Below, in pieces: positions 46,347-56,805 of a stretch of 64,000 nt of DNA (its first letter is position 1; each line of letters begins with the position of its first letter). The DNA comes from an uncultured Verrucomicrobiae bacterium (lineage in GTDB: Bacteria > Verrucomicrobiota > Verrucomicrobiia > Chthoniobacterales > JAATET01): the NCBI GenBank assembly GCA_963832325.1, contig CAWHTR010000005.1:58160-122159 (forward strand), given 5' to 3'. A program made the position numbers and the translations under genes. Below the pieces are notes generated by a model. It was not told the origin of the DNA and made no database searches. It saw only the letters and a list, made by a program, of their open reading frames with translations.

Positions 46347-47711
46347 TCAAAGCGGATTCACGACCGCATCGCCGTACAAAGTCGTCGTCGACCGACCCAC
46401 CACGTTCACGTCCATCACTTGGCCCACGTGCCGATCCGCCCCCTCAAATACCACGATTTTATTCGTCCGCGTCCGCCCCATCAGCCGCTCGTCGTTCTTC
46501 CGGCTCACCCCTTCGCACAAAATCTCCATCCGCGACCCCACGCACGCCTCCAGCTTCCGCTCGACGTTCTCGTTGATCAACGCCAGCAGCTCCTGGTTCC
46601 GCCGCTCCTTCACGTCTTCGTCCACCTGACCCTCCATCTCCGCCGCCGGCGTGTCCTTTCGTTTGGAATATCGAAAGATGAACGCGTTATCAAAATCCGC
46701 CTCCCGCGCCAGCTCGCACGTCTCCGCAAAATCCTCCTCCGTCTCCCCCGGAAACCCCACGATCACGTCCGTCGTCACCGCGATCCCCGGACGCGCCGCC
46801 CGCAGCTGACCGACCAAATCCAGAAACCGCTCCCGCGTGTAAGCCCGGTGCATCGCCTTGAGCAACCGGTTCGATCCCGATTGCAACGGCAGGTGCGCGT
46901 GTTCCATCAACCTCGGCAACCGCGCGAACGCGTCGACCAGATCAGCTTTGAAACCCACCGGATGCGGCGAGGTGAACCGCAGCCGCTCCAACCCCTCGAC
47001 CCCGTGCACCGCCTCGAGCAACTGCACGAAGGGACTCTTCCCGTTGACCTTATCGAATTCGTGCCGCCCGTAGAGATTCACGATCTGCCCCAGCAGCGTC
47101 ACCTCCCGCACCCCCCGCTCAACCAATCCCCGCACCTCGGTCACGATCTCGCCGATCGGCCGCGACCGCTCACTCCCGCGCGTCGACGGCACGATGCAGA
47201 AGGTGCACTTCATGTTGCACCCCTGCATGATCGACACAAACGCCGTCGCCTGCCGCTCCTTCAGCGCGTGATCGCGGATCGTGTTCTGCGACCCCTCCTC
47301 CTCCTCGACGTCCACGATGGGCAGCCGCTCATTGTCGATCCGCGATTCGAAATTCCGCCGGAGCAGCTCGTCCACGTGATCCGCCACGCGGTGGAATTTC
47401 TGCGTCCCGACCACCAGATCGACGTGCGGCGAAGTCTTCGTCAACTCCTCGCCCCGGCTCTGCGCCATGCACCCGAGGTAGCCCAGCACCAAATGCGGCC
47501 GCGCCCGTCGCAGCTTCCGCAGGAACCCCATCTTCCCGATCGCCTTCTGCTCCGCCATGTCCCGCACGCTGCAGGTGTTGAGAAGGATCACGTCCGCATC
47601 CTTCTCGTCGTTCGACAGCCGGTACCCGCGCCCCTCGAACGTCCGCGCCACCTGCTCGGAGTCACGCTCGTTCATTTGGCAACCGTAGGTCTTGATGTAA
47701 ACGCTGGGCAT
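46347..47711 (-). CDS. miaB: tRNA-2-methylthio-N6-dimethylallyladenosine synthase
   Basis: UPF0004 N-domain (YIKTYGCQMN). Radical-SAM CNMKCTFC. TRAM C-terminus. The stop is 1 nt before the mutS start. Confidence 0.95.
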   Translation of the reverse strand: MPSVYIKTYGCQMNERDSEQVARTFEGRGYRLSNDEKDADVILLNTCSVRDMAEQKAIGKMGFLRKLRRARPHLVLGYLGCMAQSRGEELTKTSPHVDLVVGTQKFHRVADHVDELLRRNFESRIDNERLPIVDVEEEEGSQNTIRDHALKERQATAFVSIMQGCNMKCTFCIVPSTRGSERSRPIGEIVTEVRGLVERGVREVTLLGQIVNLYGRHEFDKVNGKSPFVQLLEAVHGVEGLERLRFTSPHPVGFKADLVDAFARLPRLMEHAHLPLQSGSNRLLKAMHRAYTRERFLDLVGQLRAARPGIAVTTDVIVGFPGETEEDFAETCELAREADFDNAFIFRYSKRKDTPAAEMEGQVDEDVKERRNQELLALINENVERKLEACVGSRMEILCEGVSRKNDERLMGRTRTNKIVVFEGADRHVGQVMDVNVVGRSTTTLYGDAVVNPL

Positions 47712-47804
47712 CGGAAAGGTCGCCGACCCTACACCGCCGCCCAGAGCAATTCACGTTCAGAAATTCGCTTGTCGCACCTCCACACCCGGCGGACAATTTC
47801 CCCC

Positions 47805-48848
47805 ATGCCCGACGCGACCCCCACCAGTCTTGGCTACTCCATGCCCGCCGAGTGGTCCCCTCACGAAGCCACCTGGATCTCCTGGCCTCACCCCGACGGC
47901 ATCAGCTTCCCGGGCTGCTACGACCGCGTGATCCCGACGTTCGTCAAAATGGTCAACGCCATCGCGCAGTCCGAGACGGTTCGCATCAACGTTAAGAACC
48001 CCGACCAGGAACGCACCATCCGTCGACTCCTCAACGGTGCCCCCCCGGAACGCCTCGAATTTCACTCCATCCCCACGAACGAACCTTGGTGCCGCGACCA
48101 CGGTCCGATTTTTATCAAAAAACCGGACGCTCCCCGGCTCGCTATCATCGACTTCGGCTACAACGCCTGGGGTTACAAATACCCACCCTTCGACGACGAC
48201 GACGACGTCCCCACCCAGATCGGTGAGCGCCTCGGTCTCGACGTCTTCGACTGCGGCGATTTCGTCCTCGAAGGCGGCTCGATCGACGTCAACGGCACCG
48301 GCACCCTCCTCACCACCGAAAGCTGCCTCCTCAATCCCAACCGCAATCCCCACCTCTCCAAAACCGACATCGAGCAACTCCTCCGCGACAACCTCGGCGT
48401 CCACACCATCATCTGGCTCGGCGACGGCATCGAGGGGGACGACACCGACGGCCACGTCGACGACCTCACCCGCTTCGTCGGCGAGAACCGCATCGTCACC
48501 GTCGTCGAAGAGAACGAGGAGGATTCGAACTACGCCGCCCTTCAGACCAATCTCCATCGCCTCCACGCCGTGAAAATCGACGACCATCCGCCGCTCGAGA
48601 TTCACAACCTCCCCATGCCGTCGCCTATCCACCGCGACGGACAACGCCTCCCCGCCAGCTACGCGAACTTCTACATCGCCAATACCACCGTTCTCCTTCC
48701 GGCCTTCGGCGAGACGAACGATGCCTGGGCGAAGGCCGTTCTCGAAGACGCCTTCCCGGAGCGAACGATCATCCCCATCGACTGCCGCGAACTCATCTGG
48801 GGCCTCGGAGCCTTCCACTGCCTCACCCAGCAACAACCCGCGGCGTAG
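47805..48848 (+). CDS. aguA: Agmatine deiminase
   Basis: Internal ATG at 47805. MPAEWSPHEATWISWPH, GGSIDVNGTGTLLTTE, DGHVDD and the catalytic GAFHCLTQQQP. The upstream 1.4 kb of the listed ORF is antisense to miaB. Confidence 0.92.
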   Translation: MPDATPTSLGYSMPAEWSPHEATWISWPHPDGISFPGCYDRVIPTFVKMVNAIAQSETVRINVKNPDQERTIRRLLNGAPPERLEFHSIPTNEPWCRDHGPIFIKKPDAPRLAIIDFGYNAWGYKYPPFDDDDDVPTQIGERLGLDVFDCGDFVLEGGSIDVNGTGTLLTTESCLLNPNRNPHLSKTDIEQLLRDNLGVHTIIWLGDGIEGDDTDGHVDDLTRFVGENRIVTVVEENEEDSNYAALQTNLHRLHAVKIDDHPPLEIHNLPMPSPIHRDGQRLPASYANFYIANTTVLLPAFGETNDAWAKAVLEDAFPERTIIPIDCRELIWGLGAFHCLTQQQPAA

Positions 48849-48908
48849 CCTCCACTTTCGTTTCCTTCGTTACCTTCTGTTCAAATCACCCGCGTTTGGC
48901 GATAAGGC

Positions 48909-49430
48909 ATGCCCGTGCCCGAAGACCTCCTCACCCAACTCCAGGACCCCGCGTACCTCCACGTCCTCCTGAACCACATCCCCGTCATCGGTCTCCTCGC
49001 CGGAACGCTCGCCCTCATCTTCGCCCTGCTGCTCCGCCAACGGGCCGCCCAAATCCCCGCCCTGCTCGTCATCTTCCTCGCCGCGGCCTCCATCTACCCA
49101 GTCGTTCTCACCGGCGAAGCCGCCTACCGCCCCATCCGCACCATCGCGGACGACTCCGGAGCCGACTGGCTCGACGAACACATGGATCGCGCCGACCGCT
49201 ACTCCGGAGCCTACTACGGCCTCGCCGCCGTCGCCCTCATCGCACTCGTGATTCCCATCCGCTGGCCCTCAACGTCCACCCCACTGGGCATCATCACCCT
49301 TCTCGCCGCCCTCACCTGCCTCGCCGCCGGGATCTTCATCGCCGAAGCCGGCGGTCGAATCCGTCACCCCGAATTCCGACCAACCATCGTCGAAACCGCC
49401 CTCCCCCTCCCCGGCGAAGACGAACTTTGA
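48909..49430 (+). CDS. Hypothetical 4-TM membrane protein
   Basis: 173 aa with four hydrophobic helices. No recognised motif. Confidence 0.5.
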   Translation: MPVPEDLLTQLQDPAYLHVLLNHIPVIGLLAGTLALIFALLLRQRAAQIPALLVIFLAAASIYPVVLTGEAAYRPIRTIADDSGADWLDEHMDRADRYSGAYYGLAAVALIALVIPIRWPSTSTPLGIITLLAALTCLAAGIFIAEAGGRIRHPEFRPTIVETALPLPGEDEL

Positions 49431-49441
49431 CCCAGCCGAAT

Positions 49442-50011
49442 TCACCCCGCAAAAATCACCTCCCGTTCCTCACCGGTGACTTCCCGCCACTCCCCCGGCT
49501 TCAGCCCCCCGGGCAACGCAAACCCGCCAATCGCCACCCGCGCCAACCGCAGCGTCGGTAATCCCACCGCCGCCGTCATCCGCCGGACCTGACGGTTCCG
49601 CCCCTCCCGCAACTCGACCGCGATCCACGCCGTCGGCACCGTCTTTCGCATCCGGATCCCCGGCACCCGCTCCGGCAGCTCCGGCTCAGCGTTCACCCGC
49701 TCCGCCCGGGCCGGCAACGTCATCCGCTTCTGCACCATCACCCCCTTCCTCAACCGACCAAGTGCCTCCTCGGTGACCTCTCCCTCGACCTGCACCAAAT
49801 ACCGCCGCCAATGTCCCCGCTTCGGATTCAACAAACGGTCCGGAAACCCCGCTTCATCCGACAAAAGCAGCATTCCCTCGGAATCCGCGTCCAATCGCCC
49901 GACCGGATACACCCCACCGGGCAACCCACATTCCGCCAGGGTCCGCTGACCTGCCACCTCTTCCGTAAACTGACACAACACCCCGAAGGGCTTGTAGAGC
50001 ACGATCAACAT
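49442..50011 (-). CDS. rluE: 23S rRNA pseudouridine synthase, RluE-like (RsuA family)
   Basis: LYKPFGVLCQFTEE...PVGRLDADSEGMLLLSDE...EGRNRQVRRMTAAVGLPTLRLARVAIG closely parallels E. coli RluE, with the catalytic Asp in GRLD. Confidence 0.88.
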   Translation of the reverse strand: MLIVLYKPFGVLCQFTEEVAGQRTLAECGLPGGVYPVGRLDADSEGMLLLSDEAGFPDRLLNPKRGHWRRYLVQVEGEVTEEALGRLRKGVMVQKRMTLPARAERVNAEPELPERVPGIRMRKTVPTAWIAVELREGRNRQVRRMTAAVGLPTLRLARVAIGGFALPGGLKPGEWREVTGEEREVIFAG

Positions 50012-50049
50012 CTCCCGCTCACCCCGTTCTCAAGCGCTCCCCGCCCGGT

Positions 50050-51855
50050 CTAGCCAGCATCCGCGTCCCCACCAGCCGCTCGGTGCAGCGTGATCTGCTG
50101 GAACGGAATCGAGAGCCCAAACTCGTTGCACGCGTCCACGCCGATCCGCTGCAAAGCTCGCTGCAGCGGGTAGTATTTCGGTGCCATTTCCCCGGTGAGA
50201 TCGAGCAGCACCTCGTAGTCCAGCGACGACGCGTTCGCCAACGCAAACTCGATCTTCAGCGCAACGATGTGCGCCGGCTCGACGATCTTCTCGACCTCAG
50301 CGCGGAAGAACGTTTTGAATTTCTCCAGGATCTCCGTCGTGCATCTCGATTGCTCGTCGTAATCGATCCCAATCGTCGTCTTCACCCGGAAACCGTGCGA
50401 CTGATTCTTCGGATTCTGCCCGAGATAAGCATCGGTCTGATACATCTTCAGCGCCCCACCCAGCAACTTCAGCCGCACCATCTCCGCGCTCTGAAACAAA
50501 ACCTTCCCGTAGGATTCGTCGTCGAGCAGCACCCAATCCCCCTCTTCGGACGGGAAGTAGGGTTCATCGTCGTGAACCGGTCGCGACAAGTAATCCCGCA
50601 ACTGCGCCACCGGCATCCGCACCATGCCGCCTCGCAACACCGGATTCCGCAGAATCGTGAAAAATGTCAGATTCTCCACCAGCCACGGGATCCCGTTGTA
50701 ATTGATCCGCTCGCCCTCCCGCACCGGTCCCAGGTTGAGCAGCATTCGCGCGTCGTCCACGAATCCCGGGATCGCATCCTTCGCCGCAAACACCACGCCC
50801 AGCAGGATCAGCAACACCAAACTCAACATCACCCAGTCGCCCGCCAGGAAGAAAACCAACACCGCCGCCCCCACCGCCAAAAGCACAGTGAGAACCGCGA
50901 AAACGACGTTGAACAATCGCGTGCTGAAGGTCCGCGGCCCGCGGTGAAACGGACTCTTCTCTTTGATCACGCCCTCGAGCCACCTGAGCCCCACAAAAAC
51001 CAACGCCGCCGCCGCGAGCGCAATCAGCAGATTCCGCCCCCGCACCCGAAAAAACGACGCGACCCCACCCCGCGCTTTGTCGAAGAATGATCGTTCTCCC
51101 ACGGTCAGCTCGTCAATCCGAAAACCAAGAACGCTAAGGTCGTTCTGGATCTCCTTGAAGCGCAACGCCCATTCACCTCGCACCAGCTCCAGCTCCTCTT
51201 TGATGGCGGGATCCGTCGCTTCGGCGATCACCGCGTTCATGGTCTGCAACGCCTTGCCGACGATGTCCCGCTGTTGCTTGAGGGTGTCAAATCTCTCCCG
51301 GGTCTGCTGCGCTTCGCGAGAGCCTTTGGTCGCGCGTTTAAATTCATCGATCAACGGGCGCAGCATCTCCTCGATCGACCCCTGCAGCGTCAAGGGTTCT
51401 TCGGTCACCGCCTGAAAATCGCTCAGATCGACGTCCGTCGCGATGTCGAGCAGGTCAAATCGCGCATCCTTCAGCCGACTTCGCAACGCCCGGATTGCCG
51501 CCTCGATTTGGTCCCGCTGATTGTCGGTGCCGGCCGCCGCGAGGGCTCTTTGCTGGTCCTCGATCTCGGCCCTGGCCTCGCTAATCGTGTCCACCAGTGC
51601 GGCCAAAGCCTCGTTCCGCGACGGCTCGTCGGGTCCCGCCGTGACGACGAGCGGGTCGTCCGTCGGACTCTCCGTCAGATTCGGCGGGTCTTCGGCGTCC
51701 AAATTCACCCGCAGCGGGGAGGATTCCGTCAACGCTTCGGCATCTGCCGTCACACTCACCGCCGGTGTCTCCTCCGGGGACTCGCTAGACTGGGAAAAAC
51801 CGGTTGCGCTTGTGAGACCCAGGACCAAAATAAGAATCGAAAACGCACGTTTCAC
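50050..51855 (-). CDS. Mechanosensitive ion channel (MscS family) with long N-terminal periplasmic coiled-coil
   Basis: GTG start at 51855 gives the signal peptide VKRAFSILILVLGLTSATGFS (the ATG at 51936 gives an implausible N-terminus). MscS core ...GERINYNGIPWLVENLTFFTILRNP... plus a C-terminal alpha/beta domain. Confidence 0.75.
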   Translation of the reverse strand: MKRAFSILILVLGLTSATGFSQSSESPEETPAVSVTADAEALTESSPLRVNLDAEDPPNLTESPTDDPLVVTAGPDEPSRNEALAALVDTISEARAEIEDQQRALAAAGTDNQRDQIEAAIRALRSRLKDARFDLLDIATDVDLSDFQAVTEEPLTLQGSIEEMLRPLIDEFKRATKGSREAQQTRERFDTLKQQRDIVGKALQTMNAVIAEATDPAIKEELELVRGEWALRFKEIQNDLSVLGFRIDELTVGERSFFDKARGGVASFFRVRGRNLLIALAAAALVFVGLRWLEGVIKEKSPFHRGPRTFSTRLFNVVFAVLTVLLAVGAAVLVFFLAGDWVMLSLVLLILLGVVFAAKDAIPGFVDDARMLLNLGPVREGERINYNGIPWLVENLTFFTILRNPVLRGGMVRMPVAQLRDYLSRPVHDDEPYFPSEEGDWVLLDDESYGKVLFQSAEMVRLKLLGGALKMYQTDAYLGQNPKNQSHGFRVKTTIGIDYDEQSRCTTEILEKFKTFFRAEVEKIVEPAHIVALKIEFALANASSLDYEVLLDLTGEMAPKYYPLQRALQRIGVDACNEFGLSIPFQQITLHRAAGGDADAG

Positions 51856-51998
51856 CCAGCAACCTTCCCGGTGTTTCCTCCATCGGTCAATTATGAACCC
51901 GCAACCCGCTCGTATCCACAACCTCTGACCTCTCATTTGAAACGAAAATTCCGACGCCGCCCTTCCCTACAAAGCTTCACCTCACCCGCTCCAAAATC

Positions 51999-53471
51999 AT
52001 GCTCGTTACGACCCATCAGATGCGCGCCATCGAAGACCATGCGTTTTCACGCGGGGTGACCGCCGAAGCACTCATGGACCTAGCGGGCCTCGCCATCGCC
52101 GACGTCGTCTCCCAGTTTTTCCCCCAGCCAGCGCACGCCAGAGTCTTCTGCGGCAAAGGCAATAATGCCGGCGACGTTCTCGTCACCGCCCTTCACCTGA
52201 TCGAACGAGGCTGGACCGTCGACCTCGACGAATCCTACCCGGACAACGACCTCAGCGAACTTCCCGCCAGGCACCTCGCCGCCCTTCGACCAAGGTGTTC
52301 CCAAGGCCTGCGCCCAACCATAGCCCTCGACGGTCTTCTCGGAATTGGCGTCAAAGGTGCGCCCCGCGATCCCATCGCCTCCGCGATCACGCGGCTCGAA
52401 ACCCTCCGCGAGGAGAGCCACGTCTTCGTCTTTTCCGCCGACCTTCCCAGCGGCCTCGACGCGAACACCGGCCAACCCGGCGACCCCTGCGTCACTGCGG
52501 ACGTCACCGTCACCATCGGCCAATGTAAAATCGGTCTCGTCGCCGACAACGCCACCAACCACGTCGGTCGCCTGGCCCTCGCCCAGCTTCCGGACCTCGC
52601 CAGCGCCCCCCGATCAGCCGATCCGGATCCCGCAGACCTCCTCGTCCCGCGCGTTCTCGCCCCCCTCCTTCCGTTGCACGATTTCGACAGTCACAAGGGG
52701 AAGTGGGGTCGCGTCGGCATCATCGCGGGAGCCCGCGGCACGCTCGGCGCCGCCCGACTTTGCTCCGAATCCGCCGTCCGCGCCGGTGGCGGTCTCGTCA
52801 CTCTCTACGTCAAGCCCGACGCTTTCGAACTCTTCGCCACGAGCTGCGTCCCCGAAGTCATGGTCAAAGCCGTCGATGACTACCGCTCCGCCCTCGACGA
52901 TCCCCTCGACGCTCTCGCCATCGGCCCCGGCCTCGGCGACCAGTCCGACGAAGAGGTTCTCGAGATCCTCCGCCGGATCGCCGTGCCGACGGTAGCCGAC
53001 GCCGATGCCCTGAACACCATCGCCCGCCACCGATCGCCTTTCCCCAACCACTCTTCCCCACTGCTCCTCACCCCCCACCCCGGCGAATTCTCCCGGTTGG
53101 CACCCGGCCTGGCGAACCTCTCCCGCGCCGAGGCCGCCCAACGCTTCACCGATGAGCGCGGGGTCACCCTTCTCCTCAAAGGCGCGCGCACGATCATCGC
53201 CGAGCATCGCCAACCTCTCCGCATCAACACGACCGGCAATCCCGGGATGGGAACCGGCGGAATGGGCGACGTCCTCACCGGCGTGCTGGCCGCTTTCCTC
53301 GCTCAAGGTTGCTCAGCTCGCGATGCAGCCAGCTTGGGGGCGTGGCTGTGCGGCCGCGCCGCTGAACGCTACGTCTTCGGACCCACCGGGTCGCCCGAAA
53401 CTCTCGTCGCCAGTGAAGTCATTCGGCACCTCGGTCCCGCTCTTCGCGACCTCCGATCAGAAAAATTCTAA
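51999..53471 (+). CDS. nnr: Bifunctional NAD(P)H-hydrate repair enzyme (epimerase + ADP-dependent dehydratase)
   Basis: N-terminal YjeF_N (CGKGNNAGD). C-terminal carbohydrate-kinase-like dehydratase (HKGKWGRVGIIAG..., GNPGMGTGGMGDVLTG). Confidence 0.92.
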   Translation: MLVTTHQMRAIEDHAFSRGVTAEALMDLAGLAIADVVSQFFPQPAHARVFCGKGNNAGDVLVTALHLIERGWTVDLDESYPDNDLSELPARHLAALRPRCSQGLRPTIALDGLLGIGVKGAPRDPIASAITRLETLREESHVFVFSADLPSGLDANTGQPGDPCVTADVTVTIGQCKIGLVADNATNHVGRLALAQLPDLASAPRSADPDPADLLVPRVLAPLLPLHDFDSHKGKWGRVGIIAGARGTLGAARLCSESAVRAGGGLVTLYVKPDAFELFATSCVPEVMVKAVDDYRSALDDPLDALAIGPGLGDQSDEEVLEILRRIAVPTVADADALNTIARHRSPFPNHSSPLLLTPHPGEFSRLAPGLANLSRAEAAQRFTDERGVTLLLKGARTIIAEHRQPLRINTTGNPGMGTGGMGDVLTGVLAAFLAQGCSARDAASLGAWLCGRAAERYVFGPTGSPETLVASEVIRHLGPALRDLRSEKF

Positions 53472-53524
53472 GCGGGACAGGACATCACGCAACCATCCCG
53501 AATTCCCTCGGCAATCGGAAAACC

Positions 53525-54091
53525 CTACCCTTTCTCGACCTGCCAGTACTCCAGCTCAACCGGCGTCTCGCGCCCGAAGATGCTGACCGATACGCGCAAT
53601 TTGCCGCGCTCCGGATCGATCTCCTCGACCACACCGTTCTGATTTTGAAACGGCCCGTCAGCCACCTTGACCTTGTCCCCGACCTCAAATTCAATTTTCG
53701 GTTTGATGCTCTCCTCACGCTCTTTCATCTGCGCGAGCATTCCCTCGACTTCCTTCCGACGCATCGGGATCGGACGATCATTCGCGCTCCCAGCGAAACC
53801 GATCACTCCCGTCGTCTCGCGGATGAAATACCAGCTCCGATCCACGAGTCCATTGTCCTCGGTGAGCAGGTGCATGTTGACGATGATGTAGCCTGGAAAA
53901 AACTTACGAGTCGTCTCCGTTTTTTTCCCGCGCTTGATCTCCTGCACCCGCTCCGTCGGGATGAGCACGTCAAAAACGACGTCCTCCATCTCTTCGGTCT
54001 TGATGCGTTTCTGGATGTTGTCGTGGATCTTCTGCTCTTGTCCCGAAAGGACGTGAACGACGAAGAATTGATCGCGCGGTGCCAAACTCAT
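53525..54091 (-). CDS. nusG: Transcription termination/antitermination factor NusG
   Basis: NGN domain (FVVHVLSGQEQK...FPGYIIV) and KOW (EFEVGDKVKVADGPFQNQNGVVEEID). Confidence 0.95.
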   Translation of the reverse strand: MSLAPRDQFFVVHVLSGQEQKIHDNIQKRIKTEEMEDVVFDVLIPTERVQEIKRGKKTETTRKFFPGYIIVNMHLLTEDNGLVDRSWYFIRETTGVIGFAGSANDRPIPMRRKEVEGMLAQMKEREESIKPKIEFEVGDKVKVADGPFQNQNGVVEEIDPERGKLRVSVSIFGRETPVELEYWQVEKG

Positions 54092-54106
54092 TTAAAAATT
54101 ACTCCC

Positions 54107-54322
54107 TTACGGCCGCGTCAGAAACCCGACGATGTTGATGAACAGAAAATCGAATGCCGCGATGTATCCGCCGATGATGAGCATCGCGATGAGAACGACG
54201 ACGGTGGAATCCCACAATTCCTTGTAGCGTTTGAAACCCTTTTCGTTGGGGTCCCACGGCCAGGATGCCTTCGCAAGTTCAGTGCGAACTTCGGCGGTGA
54301 AGCGGGATACTTTTCCAAACAT
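54107..54322 (-). CDS. secE: Preprotein translocase subunit SecE
   Basis: 71 aa with a single C-terminal TM. Contains ...EVRTELAKASWP... and lies between tRNA-Trp and nusG. Confidence 0.85.
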   Translation of the reverse strand: MFGKVSRFTAEVRTELAKASWPWDPNEKGFKRYKELWDSTVVVLIAMLIIGGYIAAFDFLFINIVGFLTRP

Positions 54323-54371
54323 ACGGTTTTATTAAATATCAAACCCCTCCGGTTAGAGGGATCCGATAGAG

Positions 54372-54444
54372 CAGGCGAGGAGGGACTCGAACCCCCAACA
54401 AACGGTTTTGGAGACCGCTACTCTACCAATTGAGTTACTCGCCT
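54372..54444 (-). tRNA. tRNA-Trp (anticodon CCA)
   Basis: Hand-folded cloverleaf. Acceptor AGGCGAG/CTCGCCT, D-stem ACTC/GAGT, anticodon stem GCGGT/ACCGT with loop CTCCAAA, T-loop TTCGAGT. 73 nt, CCA not encoded. Confidence 0.9.
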
Positions 54445-54458
54445 TGGTGTCTAAGTGC

Positions 54459-55643
<1,185 letters not shown>

Positions 55644-55683
55644 GGGTTTGTTTTGTTTTTCGCTACCGTTTTGCGTGAAATCG

Positions 55684-55759
55684 TGGAGCCCACGACCGGG
55701 ATTGAACCGGTGACCTCATCCTTACCAAGGATGTGCTCTACCAACTGAGCTACGTGGGC
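55684..55759 (-). tRNA. tRNA-Thr (anticodon GGT), CCA encoded
   Basis: Hand-folded. Acceptor GCCCACG/CGTGGGC, D-arm GCTC-AGTTGGTA-GAGC, anticodon arm CATCC-TTGGTAA-GGATG, T-arm ACCGG-TTCAATC-CCGGT, then T-CCA. Confidence 0.9.
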
Positions 55760-55783
55760 ATCGGGGCACTTCGGCCATCGGGT

Positions 55784-55813
55784 TTTAGATTCGCATAAGG
55801 TATCTAGTTTCAA
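55784..55813 (-). promoter_or_regulatory. Candidate sigma-70 promoter for the tRNA-Thr/tuf operon
   Basis: On the minus strand, TTGAAA (55813-55808), an 18-nt spacer, then TCTAAA (55789-55784). Lies about 25 nt upstream of the tRNA 5' end, in a locally AT-rich stretch. Confidence 0.25.
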
Positions 55814-56028
55814 CCGCCGTCCGGAGAGTCAAAAGCCCCGCCCGCTTCATCCAATGGAAACGGCCAGGACTTGAAAGCACTCCGGCGAAATTGAGGGCTG
55901 AAGCTACCAACTGCTTCAATGGTGTCAAAGGGAAAAATACACTGCCCCGCAAAAGCCTCGGCGGCATCTTCCTTGGGTCTCAACGCCAAAGGATTGCCCC
56001 CGCCGCGACACTCAGCCAGTCTTCGACC

Positions 56029-56670
56029 GTGAATGTTTCCGACCTGCGTCAGGATTACCGCGCCGACACCCTCGGCCTCGGCTCGCTCGACCCCGATCCG
56101 TTTCAGCAATTTCGCCATTGGTTCGACGCCGCCAAGGCCTGTGGTTCCATCGCCGAACCCAACGCGATGACGCTCGCCACGTCGGACGCCAACGGTCGAC
56201 CTTCCGCTCGCACCGTCCTGCTCAAAGGCATCGAGCCGGCCGCCCTCCGCTTCTTTACGAACTACGAAAGTCGTAAGGGCCGCCAGATTGCCGTCAATCC
56301 ACACGTCGCGCTCACCTTCCACTGGAACCCACTCGAGCGGCAGGTGCTCGTCACGGGCGTCGCGGAGCGCATCTCCGCCGACGAATCCCGCGTTTACTTT
56401 CACAGCCGCCCCCGCGAAAGCCAACTCGGCGCGTGGGCATCCCGACAGAGCGAGCCAGCGGATTCCCGCTCCGATCTCGAAGGAGCGATGGAGATGGTGC
56501 GAAAACGGTTCGCCGACACGGAGATCCCACTTCCCCCGTTTTGGGGCGGCTATCGAATCCTCCCCGATTCGTTCGAATTCTGGCAAGGCCGCTCGGGTCG
56601 ACTCCACGACCGCTTCCGCTACGACCGCGCGGACAACTCATCCTGGCAGATCCAACGCCTCCAGCCGTGA
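56029..56670 (+). CDS. pdxH: Pyridoxamine 5'-phosphate oxidase
   Basis: The GTG at 56029 gives a typical 213-aa PdxH. ...RTVLLKG...FFTNYESRKG...EFWQGRSGRLHDR are the family motifs. The ATG at 55891 would add an atypical 46-aa extension. Confidence 0.88.
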   Translation: MNVSDLRQDYRADTLGLGSLDPDPFQQFRHWFDAAKACGSIAEPNAMTLATSDANGRPSARTVLLKGIEPAALRFFTNYESRKGRQIAVNPHVALTFHWNPLERQVLVTGVAERISADESRVYFHSRPRESQLGAWASRQSEPADSRSDLEGAMEMVRKRFADTEIPLPPFWGGYRILPDSFEFWQGRSGRLHDRFRYDRADNSSWQIQRLQP

Positions 56671-56805
56671 GTCGTTTCCGACGACGAATCGCTCGAAGCC
56701 ACCCCGTCTCGCCCGCTCAACTCCTCGCTTGACCTTTCCAGACCATTGTCGTCTTTACTCCGCTCCTGACTACGGGCACCCGTGCGGTGTCCGGCACGCC
56801 GACGA

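Noticed and set aside
46419-47804. 5' 1.4-kb extension of the agmatine deiminase ORF
   Set aside because: It is antisense to miaB with an Arg/Pro/His-rich translation. The deiminase homology begins at the ATG at 47805 (MPDATPTSLGYSMPAEW).
55760-56028. Additional tRNAs (Tyr/Gly/Thr) or a small RNA upstream of tRNA-Thr
   Set aside because: No cloverleaf could be folded by hand and no acceptor/T-arm motifs were found. The region probably holds only the divergent promoters of the tRNA-tuf operon and pdxH.
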